Source of the DNA: Enterococcus florum
GTDB taxonomy: Bacteria > Bacillota > Bacilli > Lactobacillales > Enterococcaceae
Direction: 5' to 3'
DNA: 64,000 bases
NCBI RefSeq assembly: GCF_004309355.1
Contig: NZ_BJCC01000038.1
Location: 1 to 64,000 of the forward strand
In this document: positions 8,439 through 20,271 of the stretch, piece by piece
Layout of the letters: every line of letters starts with the position of its first letter
Position numbering within the stretch: position 1 is the stretch's first letter
Made by a program: the position numbers and the translations under genes
The notes under the pieces: model-generated
The model's input: only the letters and a program-made list of their open reading frames with translations
The model's database searches: none
Told to the model about the DNA's origin: nothing

Positions 8439-8726
8439 GTCCATTTTCAGAGAAACAGGGCCATTATAATTGCTGAAATGAACCAGATAAAAATTAATGG
8501 AATTGCATAGAAATATCGAAAAAACTCAAAAATTATACTTGCATAAACTGATAATTAAATCGATTAAAATCTAAATAAATGTTTTTACATTATTCTTGTT
8601 TATTTTGTTTTTTTATATTCTTAAACCAGCCGACGAGCATTGACGCGACGGTATTATTCGGTTTATTATTATGTAACGGACATTTTTTTAAAAAGTAAAA
8701 ATAGTATTATTAAGGAGACGAAAAGG

Positions 8727-9866
8727 ATGAAGAAGTGGAAGGTATTTGTAAGGTTTGCGGTACTAAGCAGTGCACTGCTGATGGTCAGCGGATGTTCTGG
8801 GGGGAACACCAAAAAAGCGGCTGAAAAGAAGAGTACAGCCGCTGAATCCAGCAAGGTGGAACTGAGCGTCGAGGGCGGTACCTATATTATCCCAGATGGT
8901 GAAAAAGTTGAGGACTCCAGTGGCTTTTTGGCTTTGGATATCAAGGTGAAAAACAAATCGGACGACAAACTGGACATTTCACCAGAAGATTTTGCTTTAT
9001 ATGATGAAGAGGGCAACAAAGTGTCGTCTGAACGGGTCTATGATTCGAATGACAAATTCAAGGTCATGAGCTACGAAAGTGTTTCTCAGGACAAGAGCTT
9101 TACGGCCCCTCTGGTGTTCGAGGTTGACAAGGAAGCTGAATACGAGCTGCACTATAAACCTACCTATTATTCTGAAGACGAGAAAGATGAAGGCATCGAG
9201 CTGAAGCTGAATGCGAAAAAATATTCGGATGAAACAAAAGAGGTCGAAGCCTTAGTGGAGCAGTATATCTCAACTGTGTTTTACGGGGATGAAGAGAAGA
9301 AGGAAGACACAGAAAAGGATGAAGAGAAGAAGGATGAGAAAGAGCCTAAAGTAGAACTGGCCAATGATCTGGAGAAGGAAAAACAAGAATTCAAAGAGGG
9401 CAGTATCGAGCTTTTGAAGGAAGATTTCTCTCGATACGAACCATCGTCAGCAGAGGTGGAAAAAGTCATCACAGAAATCCAAACCACCAATCGAGAAAAA
9501 GCCAAGGTCACTTATGCGTTCAAAGAGTTTTTCCCGGAAACTGCAACGATCTATGTTCGACCTGAAGTGATCCTGTTAGAAAAAGTAGATACAGAAGCAA
9601 TTATGGAGACCTTTGTAGAAGAAAACAAAGGGAAATACTCAGATTATAGCAGTGTGTATCGTGATGCAGAAAAATACCTGCTGCAAGAGCTGCCGACAAA
9701 GATCAAGGAAGCTGCGATTGCCACAGAATCAAACATGGACGGCGAGGGCTATCAAGTCAAGCTAGAGAAAAAAGACGGCAAATGGGAAGTCCATTCAGAA
9801 AATGAAAGCCGCAATTACGATTTCAACAGCATGCGAAGTACCTTCAGAGGCGGGTTAGATGACTAA
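8727..9866 (+). CDS. Lipoprotein with a DUF4352-like domain
   Basis: Lipobox LMVSGC after the signal peptide, RBS AAGGAG. FLALDIKVKNKSDDKLDISPEDFALYDEEGNKV resembles DUF4352. Confidence 0.7.
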   Translation: MKKWKVFVRFAVLSSALLMVSGCSGGNTKKAAEKKSTAAESSKVELSVEGGTYIIPDGEKVEDSSGFLALDIKVKNKSDDKLDISPEDFALYDEEGNKVSSERVYDSNDKFKVMSYESVSQDKSFTAPLVFEVDKEAEYELHYKPTYYSEDEKDEGIELKLNAKKYSDETKEVEALVEQYISTVFYGDEEKKEDTEKDEEKKDEKEPKVELANDLEKEKQEFKEGSIELLKEDFSRYEPSSAEVEKVITEIQTTNREKAKVTYAFKEFFPETATIYVRPEVILLEKVDTEAIMETFVEENKGKYSDYSSVYRDAEKYLLQELPTKIKEAAIATESNMDGEGYQVKLEKKDGKWEVHSENESRNYDFNSMRSTFRGGLDD

Positions 9867-10941
9867 AAAACGGGGAGTCTTAGTGATTACTTCCCTGATC
9901 GTTGTTGCGGTCATCGCCGTTGCAGGTTTTCTGCGATACACCAACAGTCGGCAGGCTACTGTCGATCGAGTAGCAGAGGCCTTGCTGGCGAAGGATACGA
10001 AACAATTGGAGAACCAGTTTGTCCGTTTTTCCGACGGCCAAAAAGTTTCGAAGAACAGCAAAAAATGGTTTTTTCGGCAAGCCGCGGCGTTGAAGAAAAA
10101 AGACCGTGTTTTGGCACTGTTGAACGATGAAGAATTGTTTGAAATCCAGAAAGGCGCTGACCCTTTTAAACCAGCTGAAATTTTGCCTAAAGCACGGTAT
10201 ATCAAGGTGGAGGCGCCCAAAGATGCAGAACTGACTGCTGTAATCCAATCGGCGAGAATCGAGCTTGAGCAGGATGAAAAGTGGAACAAGTATACGCTTG
10301 GTCCGCTGCTCCCAGGAGATTATCCGATCAAGTATCAAGTTATGCATCCGAAATTTGGTCTCAAAACAATAAAAAAGACGATCTCTGTGCAACAAAAGGA
10401 TCATGAGGAGGTCATCGAAGAAGAAGCATTGTACAGTAACAACAAGCAGTTTCACAAGCACCTGCTGTCTTCAGCGGTTACCTACATGGAATCAATGAAC
10501 ACTGCGATCGAAGAGGATCTGGATTTCTCTTTTCTAAAGGCTTCCTCAGAGAAAAACAAAGAGTTTCTGCAAAAGGGTTTTGAAGAATTACGTCCGTATC
10601 TTTCCAGCTTTGAGCAGCAATTTCAGACCGTTAAAATCGATTGTGATTCGATTTCTGTCAATCAGGCGCTCACTTCGGTCAGCTTGGATCTGTTCGTCGA
10701 TGTTCAACGCTCGACACAGCTGATCAAGGAAATCGGGATCGATGAAGCACTGAACTTTGAAGAACAAAATGCGATTGTGTCGTTTGTCTACGATGAGCAG
10801 CAAAACGGCTGGGTAATCGATAAAATGGATTTTGAGACCTTTGAACAAGACACAGACAAGTGGGAAAATGTTCAAAGCTTTCGAGCCGATTCTGTTAAAA
10901 AGGCGATCTGGAACAAGGAACAACAAGCAACCGTTATTTGA
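9859..10941 (+). CDS. Hypothetical protein with an N-terminal TM anchor
   Basis: ORF with a hydrophobic N-terminus (VLVITSLIVVAVIAVAGFL). Overlaps the preceding gene by 8 bp. Confidence 0.6.
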   Translation: MTKKRGVLVITSLIVVAVIAVAGFLRYTNSRQATVDRVAEALLAKDTKQLENQFVRFSDGQKVSKNSKKWFFRQAAALKKKDRVLALLNDEELFEIQKGADPFKPAEILPKARYIKVEAPKDAELTAVIQSARIELEQDEKWNKYTLGPLLPGDYPIKYQVMHPKFGLKTIKKTISVQQKDHEEVIEEEALYSNNKQFHKHLLSSAVTYMESMNTAIEEDLDFSFLKASSEKNKEFLQKGFEELRPYLSSFEQQFQTVKIDCDSISVNQALTSVSLDLFVDVQRSTQLIKEIGIDEALNFEEQNAIVSFVYDEQQNGWVIDKMDFETFEQDTDKWENVQSFRADSVKKAIWNKEQQATVI

Positions 10942-10943
10942 TG

Positions 10944-10978
10944 AAAAGGGAGAACCTGTTGCGGTCCTCCCTTTTTGC
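10944..10978 (+). terminator. Rho-independent terminator
   Basis: gggagaac...gtcctccc followed by ttttt. Confidence 0.55.
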
Positions 10979-11064
10979 TATTTTTGAGAGGGAAAAATCA
11001 GTCCTTAGTCTCTTTTTTTTAAGTTTGGACTTTGTGTATAATGAATAGCAAGGAGGACAAAAAA

Positions 11065-12417
11065 ATGAAAAAAGAGGGTTCAGAAGCTGATTTGGAGCGT
11101 CGTATTAAAAAACTCGATCAGCAAACGCAGCGAAAGTACCGTTCATTAAAAAAGGGCAACAGCATTTGGTGTATCGTGCTGGCACTGATCACAGCGATCT
11201 GCTTGGCGGTGTTGGGTTCGTTGTTTTTAACCGATCGGTACCGAAATCACGTCGCGGGAAAACGGGAGCTGGAGCAGCAGATCGTTCAGATGGAAGAAGA
11301 ACGGTATGCGATCCTTTCTGGAAACAAGCAAGTAGCCACGGAAGATTTTGAAGATATTTTGCAGGAGAATCTGGCGAACTTGAAGGAATACCCTAAGAAA
11401 TCAGATTTTTATACAGTGGATATCAAGGATACCGATTCTGCGATTCACATCGACCGGAACAATATTTTTGTTTCCGATAATGCCAATCTGCTTAGCTCGG
11501 AAACAAAATCCAAAATATATAAGCTAAACAAACAGCTGGCAGCCAGCACGAAGGGATCTCAGCTGGAGGTCGTGACCGTCAAGGAACTGCCTTCAGGGGA
11601 GTCGATTGAAAGCTATGCGGAAAAAATCTTCAATCAATTAGGGATCGGAGACAGAGAAGAGAACAATGGCGTGCTCTATCTGATCGCGCTGGAGGATCGG
11701 GAGTTTCGGTTAGAAGTCGGTTATGGACTAGAAGGGCTTTTAACGGATTCAACGGCGGACGATATCATCAACGACGCCGATGTAGTGGATGATTTTAAAG
11801 ATGAGAAGTATGATAGCGCAGTCAATCAGGTTCTAGATGGCGTCTTTTCGGTTATGAATTCAAAAACCGCACTGGTCGATGCTCGGATCGCTCAATTAGA
11901 GAGAGAAAAACGCAGCGGCACAGTGTTTTATTGGATCGTCAGCATTCTAATGATTCTCTTTGCTTTGATTGCTGTCTTGCTGCTGGTCAAAGGAGTAAGA
12001 GCTCGTCAGGTGATTCAGCAGCATTACCGAGCGTATCAAGAGGAAAGAACCAAGATTCATCAAACAACCAGTGAAAGCAGCAAGCGAGTTCGCGTGTCGA
12101 AGCTGAAGAAGTCCGATTTTTATTATTTGACATTAAGCGGCATCACACTGGTTTGGTCGATGAAACAAATCAAGCATGCAATCAAGCGAGGGAAGATCTT
12201 CGCGAAATACCCACATGCTGTTAAGCATGGTGCAGGACAGATTCTCGTCGGTGACACGCTGTACGGCTATAATGGAAATGTGTTAACGACTTCTTATCTG
12301 GCCTCGCAATACAATTCAGACAATCACTCAGATGGATCAGGTTCTGGCGGCAGCTCGTCGTGGGGCTCATTCGGCGGCGGCTCTTCTGGCGGGGGTGGAG
12401 CATCCGGTGGTTGGTAG
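11065..12417 (+). CDS. TPM-domain (TLP18.3/Psb32/MOLO-1-type phosphatase) membrane protein with a C-terminal Gly/Ser-rich tail
   Basis: TPM-like segment NANLLSSETKSKIYKLNKQLAASTKGSQLEVVTVKELP...NNGVLYLIALEDREFRLEVGYGLEG, a TM helix, and the tail GSGSGGSSSWGSFGGGSSGGGGASGGW. RBS AAGGAGG. Confidence 0.75.
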   Translation: MKKEGSEADLERRIKKLDQQTQRKYRSLKKGNSIWCIVLALITAICLAVLGSLFLTDRYRNHVAGKRELEQQIVQMEEERYAILSGNKQVATEDFEDILQENLANLKEYPKKSDFYTVDIKDTDSAIHIDRNNIFVSDNANLLSSETKSKIYKLNKQLAASTKGSQLEVVTVKELPSGESIESYAEKIFNQLGIGDREENNGVLYLIALEDREFRLEVGYGLEGLLTDSTADDIINDADVVDDFKDEKYDSAVNQVLDGVFSVMNSKTALVDARIAQLEREKRSGTVFYWIVSILMILFALIAVLLLVKGVRARQVIQQHYRAYQEERTKIHQTTSESSKRVRVSKLKKSDFYYLTLSGITLVWSMKQIKHAIKRGKIFAKYPHAVKHGAGQILVGDTLYGYNGNVLTTSYLASQYNSDNHSDGSGSGGSSSWGSFGGGSSGGGGASGGW

Positions 12418-12430
12418 GAATCAATAGATG

Positions 12431-12459
12431 AAACTAGCAGGCAGCTGCTAGTTTTTTTG
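12431..12459 (+). terminator. Rho-independent terminator
   Basis: aaactagcag-gcag-ctgctagttt followed by ttttt. Confidence 0.7.
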
Positions 12460-12602
12460 TTTGATTCATTTTCTAGCTGCAAAACGGAGCCCGCCTGTGA
12501 TGCCTTTCTAAAAATCCGGCAAACGTTCCGCACCGAATCTTTTATTTCCTGCGAAAAACAACTATAATAAGACAAGATGTTAACTAGAGAAGGGGAAAGC
12601 GA

Positions 12603-13397
12603 GTGCGTTTATTATTTATTGGGGACGTTGTAGGATCGATAGGGCGTCAGATGTTGACGGACTATTTGCCGCGGCTGAAGAAAAAGTACCACCCCCAGCT
12701 GACGATCGTAAACGGCGAGAATGCGGCAGCAGGCCGCGGGATCACTGAAAAAATCTACAAGAAGTTTCTACAAGATGGTGTTGATGTGGTGACGATGGGC
12801 AATCATACGTGGGACAACAAGGCAATTTTTGAGTTTATTTCGACGGCAAAAAAAATAGTGCGTCCAGCGAATTTTCCCGAAGGCACGCCCGGACAAGGCA
12901 TTATTTATGTGCAAGTCAACGAAGCAGAGATCGCGATCATCAACCTGCAGGCCCGATCTTTCATGGTCGATCTGGATGACCCGTTTCGCAAAGCTGACCA
13001 GCTGGTCGAAGAAGCACGCACGCGCACCCCTTTTATTTTCATTGATTTTCACGGGGAGACCACCAGCGAAAAGCAGGCGATGGGCTGGTATTTAGACGGC
13101 CGTATCTCTGCGATTGTCGGAACCCATACCCATGTCCAAACCAACGATGCGCGGATATTACCAAAGGGGACCGCTTATTTGACCGACGTGGGAATGACGG
13201 GTCCTTATGACGGGATACTGGGGATGAAAAAGGAACCCGTACTGGAAAAATTTTTAACGGCGCTGCCGCAGCGTTTCGAAGTAATTGAGAATGGCCGATC
13301 TTTGCTGTCTGCTTGTGTCATCGATTTAGACAAACACGGGCTGGCGCGAAAGATCGAGGCTGTCCAGATCAGTGAGGATCGGCCGTATCGCGAATAG
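12603..13397 (+). CDS. ymdB: YmdB-like metallophosphoesterase (2',3'-cyclic-nucleotide phosphodiesterase family, TIGR00282)
   Basis: MRLLFIGDVVG...GNHTWD...IDFHGE motifs. GTG start. Confidence 0.85.
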   Translation: MRLLFIGDVVGSIGRQMLTDYLPRLKKKYHPQLTIVNGENAAAGRGITEKIYKKFLQDGVDVVTMGNHTWDNKAIFEFISTAKKIVRPANFPEGTPGQGIIYVQVNEAEIAIINLQARSFMVDLDDPFRKADQLVEEARTRTPFIFIDFHGETTSEKQAMGWYLDGRISAIVGTHTHVQTNDARILPKGTAYLTDVGMTGPYDGILGMKKEPVLEKFLTALPQRFEVIENGRSLLSACVIDLDKHGLARKIEAVQISEDRPYRE

Positions 13398-13406
13398 GAG
13401 AGAACC

Positions 13407-13781
13407 ATGAGTCTGGAAAAAGAACCTGAAGTCCAACGAGCATTAGACCAGCTGACGACCTTGTTGCAGGACAACGAGGTCGTTCAACGCTACCAAAATG
13501 TCAAAGCGCGAATCGATCAAAACACAGCTGTACACACGCTGGAAGAAGCGATCAAGCAGGCACAAAAAGAAGCGGTGCATTTTGCCCACTATGGCAAACC
13601 AGAGGCTGAGAAGCAAGCATTGAAGCGAGCAGATGAATTGACCAAACAGCTGGAAGAACATCCGCTGGTGATCGCCTATCGCGAAAGTCTGTCAGAAGCC
13701 AATGATCTGCTGCAGCATTTGACGGGTCTGATTCAAAAAGAGATTAACGATGCGATCGAAGACGAAACCAAGCACGACTAA
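13407..13781 (+). CDS. YlbF/YmcA-family protein (RicA-like), located upstream of mutS as ymcA is in Bacillus
   Basis: Size, helical composition and position immediately 5' of mutS. Family assignment is by weak similarity only. Confidence 0.55.
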   Translation: MSLEKEPEVQRALDQLTTLLQDNEVVQRYQNVKARIDQNTAVHTLEEAIKQAQKEAVHFAHYGKPEAEKQALKRADELTKQLEEHPLVIAYRESLSEANDLLQHLTGLIQKEINDAIEDETKHD

Positions 13782-13802
13782 AACGAAACAAGGAGGGGCA
13801 CC

Positions 13803-16361
13803 ATGCCTCAAAAAACCAAAAACACACCGATGATGGAACAATACCTTGCAATCAAGGATCAATATAAAGATGCTTTTTTATTTTACCGCTTAGGTGATTT
13901 TTACGAATTGTTTTACGAAGACGCGATCCAGGTCGCACAACTGCTGGAATTAACCTTGACCAGCCGCAACCGGAATGCTGAGGAGCCGATTCCTATGTGC
14001 GGAGTGCCGCATCATTCGGCACAAGGATATATCGATACCTTGGTGGAGCAGGGCTACAAAGTGGCGATCTGCGAGCAAATGGAAGATCCCAAAGAAGCCA
14101 AAGGGATGGTCAAACGGGAAGTGGTCCAGCTGATCACACCGGGGACCTTGATGGACGGCAAAGGGATCGAAGCCAAGGCCAATAATTTTTTGACTGCAGT
14201 CGTACAGTCCGGCAAGGCATTCGGCTTTGCTTATGCGGATTTGTCGACGGGTGAGCTGAAAACAGCGCTGCTGCAGGATGAAGAAGCGGTGATGAACGAG
14301 GCGACTGCGTTGCAGACGAAGGAAGTCGTGCTGGGCTCGGAAATTTCGGATGAACTGAAAAAGAATCTGGTGGAACGTTTAGGACTGGTTTTTTCGACAC
14401 AAGAAACCGTGGAGGACAACGCCGAATTCAGTTTTCTGACTACCGACATCGACCAGCCTTTAGAAAAAGAAGCAACCGGAAAGCTGCTGACGTATTTATC
14501 AGTAACGCAAAAGCGCAGCCTTGGGCATATTCAAAAGGCAGAAGAGTACCAGCCGGAGCATTTTTTGAAGCTGGATTATTTCTCGAAAACCAATCTGGAG
14601 TTGACCCGTTCGATTCGTACGGGCAAAAAACAAGGCACCTTGCTTTGGCTGCTGGATGAGACTAAAACCGCGATGGGTGGACGGCTTTTGAAGCAATGGA
14701 TCGATCGTCCGCTGATCCAAAAGCGCCAGATTCAAGCACGTCAGGCGATGGTGGCTTCTTTATTAAATGCTTATTTTGAACGGATGGATTTGAACGAAAC
14801 GCTGACCAAGGTCTACGATTTGGAACGCTTGGCAGGACGAGTGGCCTTTGGAAATGTCAACGGCCGCGATTTGATCCAATTAAAAACCTCTTTGCAGCAG
14901 GTGCCGCAGATTCGCCAGCTCTTGTCTGGCATCAACCAAGGCGAATGGAATGATCTGCTGGTGGACATGGAGCCGATGGATGAGCTGGTCGATCTGATCG
15001 ATCGGGCAATCAACGAGGATGCACCTTTGCAGATCACAGAAGGCAACGTCATCAAAGACGGCTATGATCCGCAGCTGGATCAGTACCGTGAGGCGATGAC
15101 CAACGGCAAGACTTGGCTGGCTGAGCTGGAAGCGCGAGAACGTCAAGAAACAGGTATCAAGACCTTAAAAGTCGGCTACAATCGTGTGTTTGGCTATTAT
15201 ATTGAGATCACTAAGGCTAATCTGGCCAATCTTGAAGAGGGCAAGTACGATCGCAAACAAACGTTGGCCAATGCCGAGCGATTTATCACTCCTGAGCTGA
15301 AGAAGCTGGAAACGCTGATCTTAGAAGCAGAAGAAAAATCTGTGGCATTGGAATACACGCTGTTTCTGGCTGTGCGCGAAGAAGTCAAAAAGGCGATCGC
15401 CCGTCTGCAAAAGCTGGCCAAAAGTATCAGTGCTGCGGATGTGCTGCAGAGCTTTGCGGCAGTCAGCGAGCGGTATCAATACGTGCAGCCTGAGATGAAG
15501 GCTGGCAGCCATAATCTGCAGATTATCGAAGGTCGCCACCCGGTAGTAGAGAAGGTTTTGGGTCACCAGGAATACATTCCCAACAGTGTGCACATGGACC
15601 CAAAAGAAATGATTCTGCTGATTACTGGGCCCAATATGTCAGGGAAAAGTACCTACATGCGTCAGCTGGCCTTGACCGTGATCATGGCGCAAATGGGCTG
15701 TTTTGTCCCTGCAGAAAGTGCGGAGCTGCCGATTTTTGATCAAATCTTTACTCGTATCGGAGCCAGCGATGATTTGATCGCCGGGCAATCAACTTTTATG
15801 GTGGAAATGATGGAGGCTAATCAAGCTCTCCGCCACGCCACACCGAACAGCTTGATTTTGTTTGATGAGCTGGGACGCGGGACCGCCACCTACGATGGGA
15901 TGGCTCTGGCTCAAGCGATCATTGAATACATCCACAAAACCGTGAAGGCCAAGACCTTGTTTTCGACGCATTACCATGAATTGACTGTGCTGGAGGAAGA
16001 ACTGCCAGCTCTGAAAAACGTACATGTAGGAGCTGTCGAGCAAAATGGCGAGGTCGTTTTCCTGCATAAGCTGATGGATGGCCCAGCAGATAAGAGTTAT
16101 GGAATCCATGTGGCCAAAATCGCTGGAATGCCGACCGAACTGCTTTCTCGTGCGGCGACGATCTTAGCGGCATTAGAGTCCGGCAGCAATCCGGTCCAGC
16201 CCGTTGAGGTCGTTGCGGAAGAAAACCAGCAGCTTTCCTTGTTCAGCGAAGTCTCCACCTCAGAATTAGGAGTGATCGACAGCTTGAAGAAAGCCAATCT
16301 ATTAGAAATGACGCCAATGGATGCCTTGAATCTATTGTATGAATTGCAAAAACGCATTTAA
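13803..16361 (+). CDS. mutS: DNA mismatch repair protein MutS
   Basis: Full-length MutS with Walker [14 protein letters not shown]. Confidence 0.97.
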   Translation: MPQKTKNTPMMEQYLAIKDQYKDAFLFYRLGDFYELFYEDAIQVAQLLELTLTSRNRNAEEPIPMCGVPHHSAQGYIDTLVEQGYKVAICEQMEDPKEAKGMVKREVVQLITPGTLMDGKGIEAKANNFLTAVVQSGKAFGFAYADLSTGELKTALLQDEEAVMNEATALQTKEVVLGSEISDELKKNLVERLGLVFSTQETVEDNAEFSFLTTDIDQPLEKEATGKLLTYLSVTQKRSLGHIQKAEEYQPEHFLKLDYFSKTNLELTRSIRTGKKQGTLLWLLDETKTAMGGRLLKQWIDRPLIQKRQIQARQAMVASLLNAYFERMDLNETLTKVYDLERLAGRVAFGNVNGRDLIQLKTSLQQVPQIRQLLSGINQGEWNDLLVDMEPMDELVDLIDRAINEDAPLQITEGNVIKDGYDPQLDQYREAMTNGKTWLAELEARERQETGIKTLKVGYNRVFGYYIEITKANLANLEEGKYDRKQTLANAERFITPELKKLETLILEAEEKSVALEYTLFLAVREEVKKAIARLQKLAKSISAADVLQSFAAVSERYQYVQPEMKAGSHNLQIIEGRHPVVEKVLGHQEYIPNSVHMDPKEMILLITGPNMSGKSTYMRQLALTVIMAQMGCFVPAESAELPIFDQIFTRIGASDDLIAGQSTFMVEMMEANQALRHATPNSLILFDELGRGTATYDGMALAQAIIEYIHKTVKAKTLFSTHYHELTVLEEELPALKNVHVGAVEQNGEVVFLHKLMDGPADKSYGIHVAKIAGMPTELLSRAATILAALESGSNPVQPVEVVAEENQQLSLFSEVSTSELGVIDSLKKANLLEMTPMDALNLLYELQKRI

Positions 16362-16386
16362 CACATCGGTTTAAAGGAGGGATACG

Positions 16387-18402
16387 ATGGGGAAAATCCA
16401 AGAATTATCAGAACGTCTGGCCAACCAGATCGCTGCGGGTGAAGTGGTGGAACGACCGGCCTCGGTGGTGAAGGAATTAGTGGAAAATGCCATCGATGCC
16501 CACGCCACTCAGATCGACCTGCTGATCGAAGAAGCCGGCCTGAAAAAAATCCAGATCATCGACAACGGTGAAGGAATCGCCCAAGACGACGTGGCGAACG
16601 CCTTTAAGCGGCATGCCACCAGCAAGATTCACAATCGTGACGACTTGTTTCGGATTCGAACACTGGGGTTTCGCGGTGAGGCCTTGCCTTCGATCGCTTC
16701 GGTTTCTGAGTTGACGATCGAGACTGCGACGGCGGACGAGGAGCAGGGCTCTTATTTGTTCCTTCGTGGCGGAAAAATCGAGGAACACCGTCCAACAGCG
16801 TTGCGGACCGGAACCAAGATCACCGTTGAAAATTTGTTTTTCAACACCCCGGCGCGCCTGAAATATGTCAAAACGATCCAAACCGAGCTGGCCAACATCG
16901 GAGATATCGTCAACCGCATGGCGTTGAGTCATCCTGGGGTTGCCTTTCGGTTGGTGCATGACGGACACAAAATGATGACCACCAGCGGCAACGGTGACCT
17001 GAAGCAGACGATCGCAGGGATTTACGGGATCGCGACCGCCAAGAAAATGCTGGAGGTCAAGGCCCAGGACCTAGATTTTGCCTTAAAAGGCTATATCTCG
17101 CTGCCTGAAGTTACCAGAGCCAGCCGCAATTACTTGTCTGTGATCATCAATGGACGCTACATCAAAAACTTTCTCTTGAACAAAGCGATCGTCAACGGCT
17201 ACCAATCGAAACTGATGGTGGGACGTTTTCCAATCGCGGTGCTGGAGATCGAGATGGATCCCTTGCTGGTAGATGTCAATGTCCACCCCACCAAACAAGA
17301 GGTCCGCTTGTCAAAGGAAAAAGAACTGACGACCTTGATCAGCCAAGCAATTGCGGGGGCTTTGCGCCAGGTCAATTTGATCCCCGACGCGGGGCAGTCC
17401 CCCAGTTTTAAGCGTAAAGTGGACGTTGCAAAAACCACCCAGCTGGATCTGGATTTGGAAAAGGCGCCAGAAAAAAAGAGCGATCTTACCTATAATCCAG
17501 AAACCGGCCGCTTTTACATCGAACCGAAAGCTCTTGATCAAGAGCTGAGAGTGCGGGCACCAAGGCCTAGCGAGGATAAGACGCCACCATCCTCGTCAAA
17601 CGAAACGGCACCACCGATCGTTGTCGAAGATCCACTGGTCGATTTGCCAGCGGCACCTGCGGAGGACTCGCTAACCGAAGAGCTCTTAGATGACCAAGAG
17701 GCTGTTGTTTATGAAACCGCCGAGCACCCCGAGTTTGATCTCAGCACAGTATCTGGAGAAAAAGAAGTGGAAAAGGCGATCGACAAGCTGGAGCATGAAC
17801 AGCCGAAAGAGCGTTTCCCGCGATTGGACTATTTTGGTCAGATGCACGGCACCTATTTGTTCGCTCAAAGCAAGGATGGGCTGTACATCGTCGATCAGCA
17901 CGCGGCGCAAGAGCGAATCAAGTACGAGTATTTCCGTGAAAAAATCGCGGATGTGACCAACGATCTGCAGGAGCTGCTGGTGCCTTTTGTCTTGGATTAT
18001 CCAAACAACGATGCCATCAAGCTGAAGGAACAAAAGGAGCTATTGGAAGAAGTCGGTATTTATTTAGAAGAGTTTGGTCCCAACAGCTTTATCGTGCGGG
18101 CTCATCCGACTTGGTATCCTGCGGGACAAGAGGAGAGCATCATTCGGGAAATGATCGATATGCTGCTGGTCACAGGCTCGGTTAGTGTCAAAAAATTTCG
18201 GGAAGCGACAGCGATCATGATGAGCTGCAAACGTTCGATCAAAGCCAATCATCATCTAGATGAGGCGCAGGCACGTGTATTGCTGAATGATCTAGCCACT
18301 TGTGAAAATCCCTTTAACTGTCCCCATGGCCGCCCAGTGCTGATCCACTTCAGCAACAGCGACATGGAGCACCTGTTCAAACGAATCCAAGATCCGCATT
18401 AA
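16387..18402 (+). CDS. mutL: DNA mismatch repair protein MutL
   Basis: GHKL ATPase N-terminus ([23 protein letters not shown]) and a C-terminal dimerisation domain. Confidence 0.97.
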   Translation: MGKIQELSERLANQIAAGEVVERPASVVKELVENAIDAHATQIDLLIEEAGLKKIQIIDNGEGIAQDDVANAFKRHATSKIHNRDDLFRIRTLGFRGEALPSIASVSELTIETATADEEQGSYLFLRGGKIEEHRPTALRTGTKITVENLFFNTPARLKYVKTIQTELANIGDIVNRMALSHPGVAFRLVHDGHKMMTTSGNGDLKQTIAGIYGIATAKKMLEVKAQDLDFALKGYISLPEVTRASRNYLSVIINGRYIKNFLLNKAIVNGYQSKLMVGRFPIAVLEIEMDPLLVDVNVHPTKQEVRLSKEKELTTLISQAIAGALRQVNLIPDAGQSPSFKRKVDVAKTTQLDLDLEKAPEKKSDLTYNPETGRFYIEPKALDQELRVRAPRPSEDKTPPSSSNETAPPIVVEDPLVDLPAAPAEDSLTEELLDDQEAVVYETAEHPEFDLSTVSGEKEVEKAIDKLEHEQPKERFPRLDYFGQMHGTYLFAQSKDGLYIVDQHAAQERIKYEYFREKIADVTNDLQELLVPFVLDYPNNDAIKLKEQKELLEEVGIYLEEFGPNSFIVRAHPTWYPAGQEESIIREMIDMLLVTGSVSVKKFREATAIMMSCKRSIKANHHLDEAQARVLLNDLATCENPFNCPHGRPVLIHFSNSDMEHLFKRIQDPH

Positions 18403-18414
18403 AAGGAGAAAACA

Positions 18415-18972
18415 ATGACTGTCATTTTAGCGTCACAATCGCCCCGGCGAAAAGAATTATTGGCTTGGCTGATCCCTGAATTTGAGGTCCAGCCTGCTGA
18501 CGTAGACGAGGAGATCAAAGCAGAGCATACCCCAAAGGAATACGTCCAAGAGATGGCTCGGCAAAAAGCAGCAGTGATCGCTGCGAAGCACCCGACTGAT
18601 CTGGTGATCGCCAGCGATACGGTCGTGGTACTTGGCGACACGATCCTTGGCAAGCCCAAGGATCGTCTGGATGCATATGAGATGCTTTCTGGAATGAGCG
18701 GCGGCAGCCATTATGTTTATACCGCTGTGGTGCTCCGACAAAACGACCAGATCGAAGAGGCCCTGACTCACGCGAAGGTAACCTTTTATCCGCTGACCGA
18801 AGAAGAGATCCAACGGTATTTGGATACAGGCGATTACCAAGACAAGGCAGGAGCCTATGGGATTCAGCATCAGGCGGGGGTCTTTGTCCAAGAAATTGAG
18901 GGTGATTATTACAGCATCGTCGGTTTCCCAGTCGGAAAAGTAAATCAAATGTTAAAAAAATTTACTGGATAA
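18415..18972 (+). CDS. maf: Maf-like nucleoside triphosphate pyrophosphatase
   Basis: LASQSPRRKELL N-terminus. Confidence 0.9.
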   Translation: MTVILASQSPRRKELLAWLIPEFEVQPADVDEEIKAEHTPKEYVQEMARQKAAVIAAKHPTDLVIASDTVVVLGDTILGKPKDRLDAYEMLSGMSGGSHYVYTAVVLRQNDQIEEALTHAKVTFYPLTEEEIQRYLDTGDYQDKAGAYGIQHQAGVFVQEIEGDYYSIVGFPVGKVNQMLKKFTG

Positions 18973-19033
18973 GCAAATCCTTCGTTTTTTTACAGGAATG
19001 CTCTTATGATAGGGTCAAAGGAGCGTGAGCAAG

Positions 19034-19471
19034 ATGGAAGAAATGAAGCAGGAAGAATTGAGGAAGAAACTGTCGCCAATGGAATACGCAGTGACTCAGG
19101 AGAATGCCACAGAACGTGCCTTCACTGGGAAATACGATGACTTTTACCAAAAGGGTCTTTATGTGGATGTGGTCAGCGGCGAACCTCTTTTCTCTTCTAG
19201 CGATAAGTACGATGCTGGCTGCGGCTGGCCAGCTTTTTCGCAACCGGTCGAAAAACGCGGAGTCAATGAAAAAGCCGACTTCTCTCATGGGATGCATCGG
19301 GTCGAAGTCCGTAGTCAAGAAGCAGACTCTCATCTAGGCCATGTCTTCCCAGACGGCCCGCAGGAAAAAGGCGGTTTGCGTTATTGCATCAACTCCGCTG
19401 CCCTACGCTTCGTCCCCTTTGAAGAAATGGATGATCAAGGTTACAGTGACTACAAAAAAGATGTTCAATAA
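19034..19471 (+). CDS. msrB: Peptide-methionine (R)-S-oxide reductase MsrB
   Basis: CGWPAF...RYCINSA motifs. ATG 19034 is preferred over GTG 19025 because of the RBS spacing. Confidence 0.9.
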   Translation: MEEMKQEELRKKLSPMEYAVTQENATERAFTGKYDDFYQKGLYVDVVSGEPLFSSSDKYDAGCGWPAFSQPVEKRGVNEKADFSHGMHRVEVRSQEADSHLGHVFPDGPQEKGGLRYCINSAALRFVPFEEMDDQGYSDYKKDVQ

Positions 19472-19477
19472 GTAGTT

Positions 19478-19512
19478 GAACGGGATGGAGAAGTTCTCTG
19501 TCCCGTTTTTTT
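19478..19512 (+). terminator. Rho-independent terminator
   Basis: aacggga...tcccgtt followed by ttttt. Confidence 0.6.
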
Positions 19513-19653
19513 GAAGTCCGTGAAACCATTTTGATCAAGATACGCATGATTTCCCAACTCCCCAAAAGATTCCTAAAGCTGAGAGGACTAGACTTTTTTG
19601 TCGGGTCTATTTGTGCTAAAATAATGAGAACATATGTGCAGAAAGGAAAAGAC

Positions 19654-20247
19654 ATGTACGAATATATCACAGGGAAATTGACTTATATCAGTCCAGCGTA
19701 TGTCGTGTTGGATGTACAGGGAGTCGGCTATCAAATCGCGATAGGCAATCCTTATCGGTACAGCAGTAAAATGGAGCAGGTCCTCACGATCTATGTCCAG
19801 CAGATCATTCGAGAGGATGCGCAGCTGCTGTACGGGTTTGAGACGCTGGCGGAAAAACAGCTGTTTCTGCGCTTGCTTTCAGTTTCAGGGATCGGTCCAA
19901 AGAGTGGGCTGGCGATCATGGCCAACGAAGACCATCAAGGATTGATCCAAGCCATCGAAGCTGGAGATGTTACCTACTTAACCAAGTTCCCGGGTGTCGG
20001 CAAGAAGACCGCTCAGCAGATGGTCCTAGACTTAAAAGGCAAGCTGGCCGAGTTGGTGGAAAATCCAATGTCCTTGTTCCACCAAGGCGATGATGAGACC
20101 GCATTGACCGAAGCCATCGAGGCGCTTCAGGCGCTCGGCTACAGTCCGAAGGAAACCAAACGGGTCGAAAAAGCCCTGGAAAAAGAAAGCTATCGAAGCA
20201 CCGACGAATATTTGCGGGCTGCTTTGAAGCTGATGATGAAAAAATAG
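19654..20247 (+). CDS. ruvA: Holliday junction DNA helicase RuvA
   Basis: [14 protein letters not shown]... start is the internal ATG with RBS GAAAGGAAAAG. Confidence 0.92.
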   Translation: MYEYITGKLTYISPAYVVLDVQGVGYQIAIGNPYRYSSKMEQVLTIYVQQIIREDAQLLYGFETLAEKQLFLRLLSVSGIGPKSGLAIMANEDHQGLIQAIEAGDVTYLTKFPGVGKKTAQQMVLDLKGKLAELVENPMSLFHQGDDETALTEAIEALQALGYSPKETKRVEKALEKESYRSTDEYLRAALKLMMKK

Positions 20248-20271
20248 ACATGATCGCAGGAGGAGCATTAG

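Noticed and set aside
16477-16968. A 163-aa minus-strand ORF inside mutL, and similar antisense ORFs at 9880-10461, 9855-10289, 40648-41067, 43267-43647, 31255-31671 and 60071-60358
   Set aside because: - Each is fully embedded antisense to a strongly supported conserved gene.
- None has an RBS or known motifs.
- They are typical spurious ORFs of GC-richer or repetitive coding sequence.
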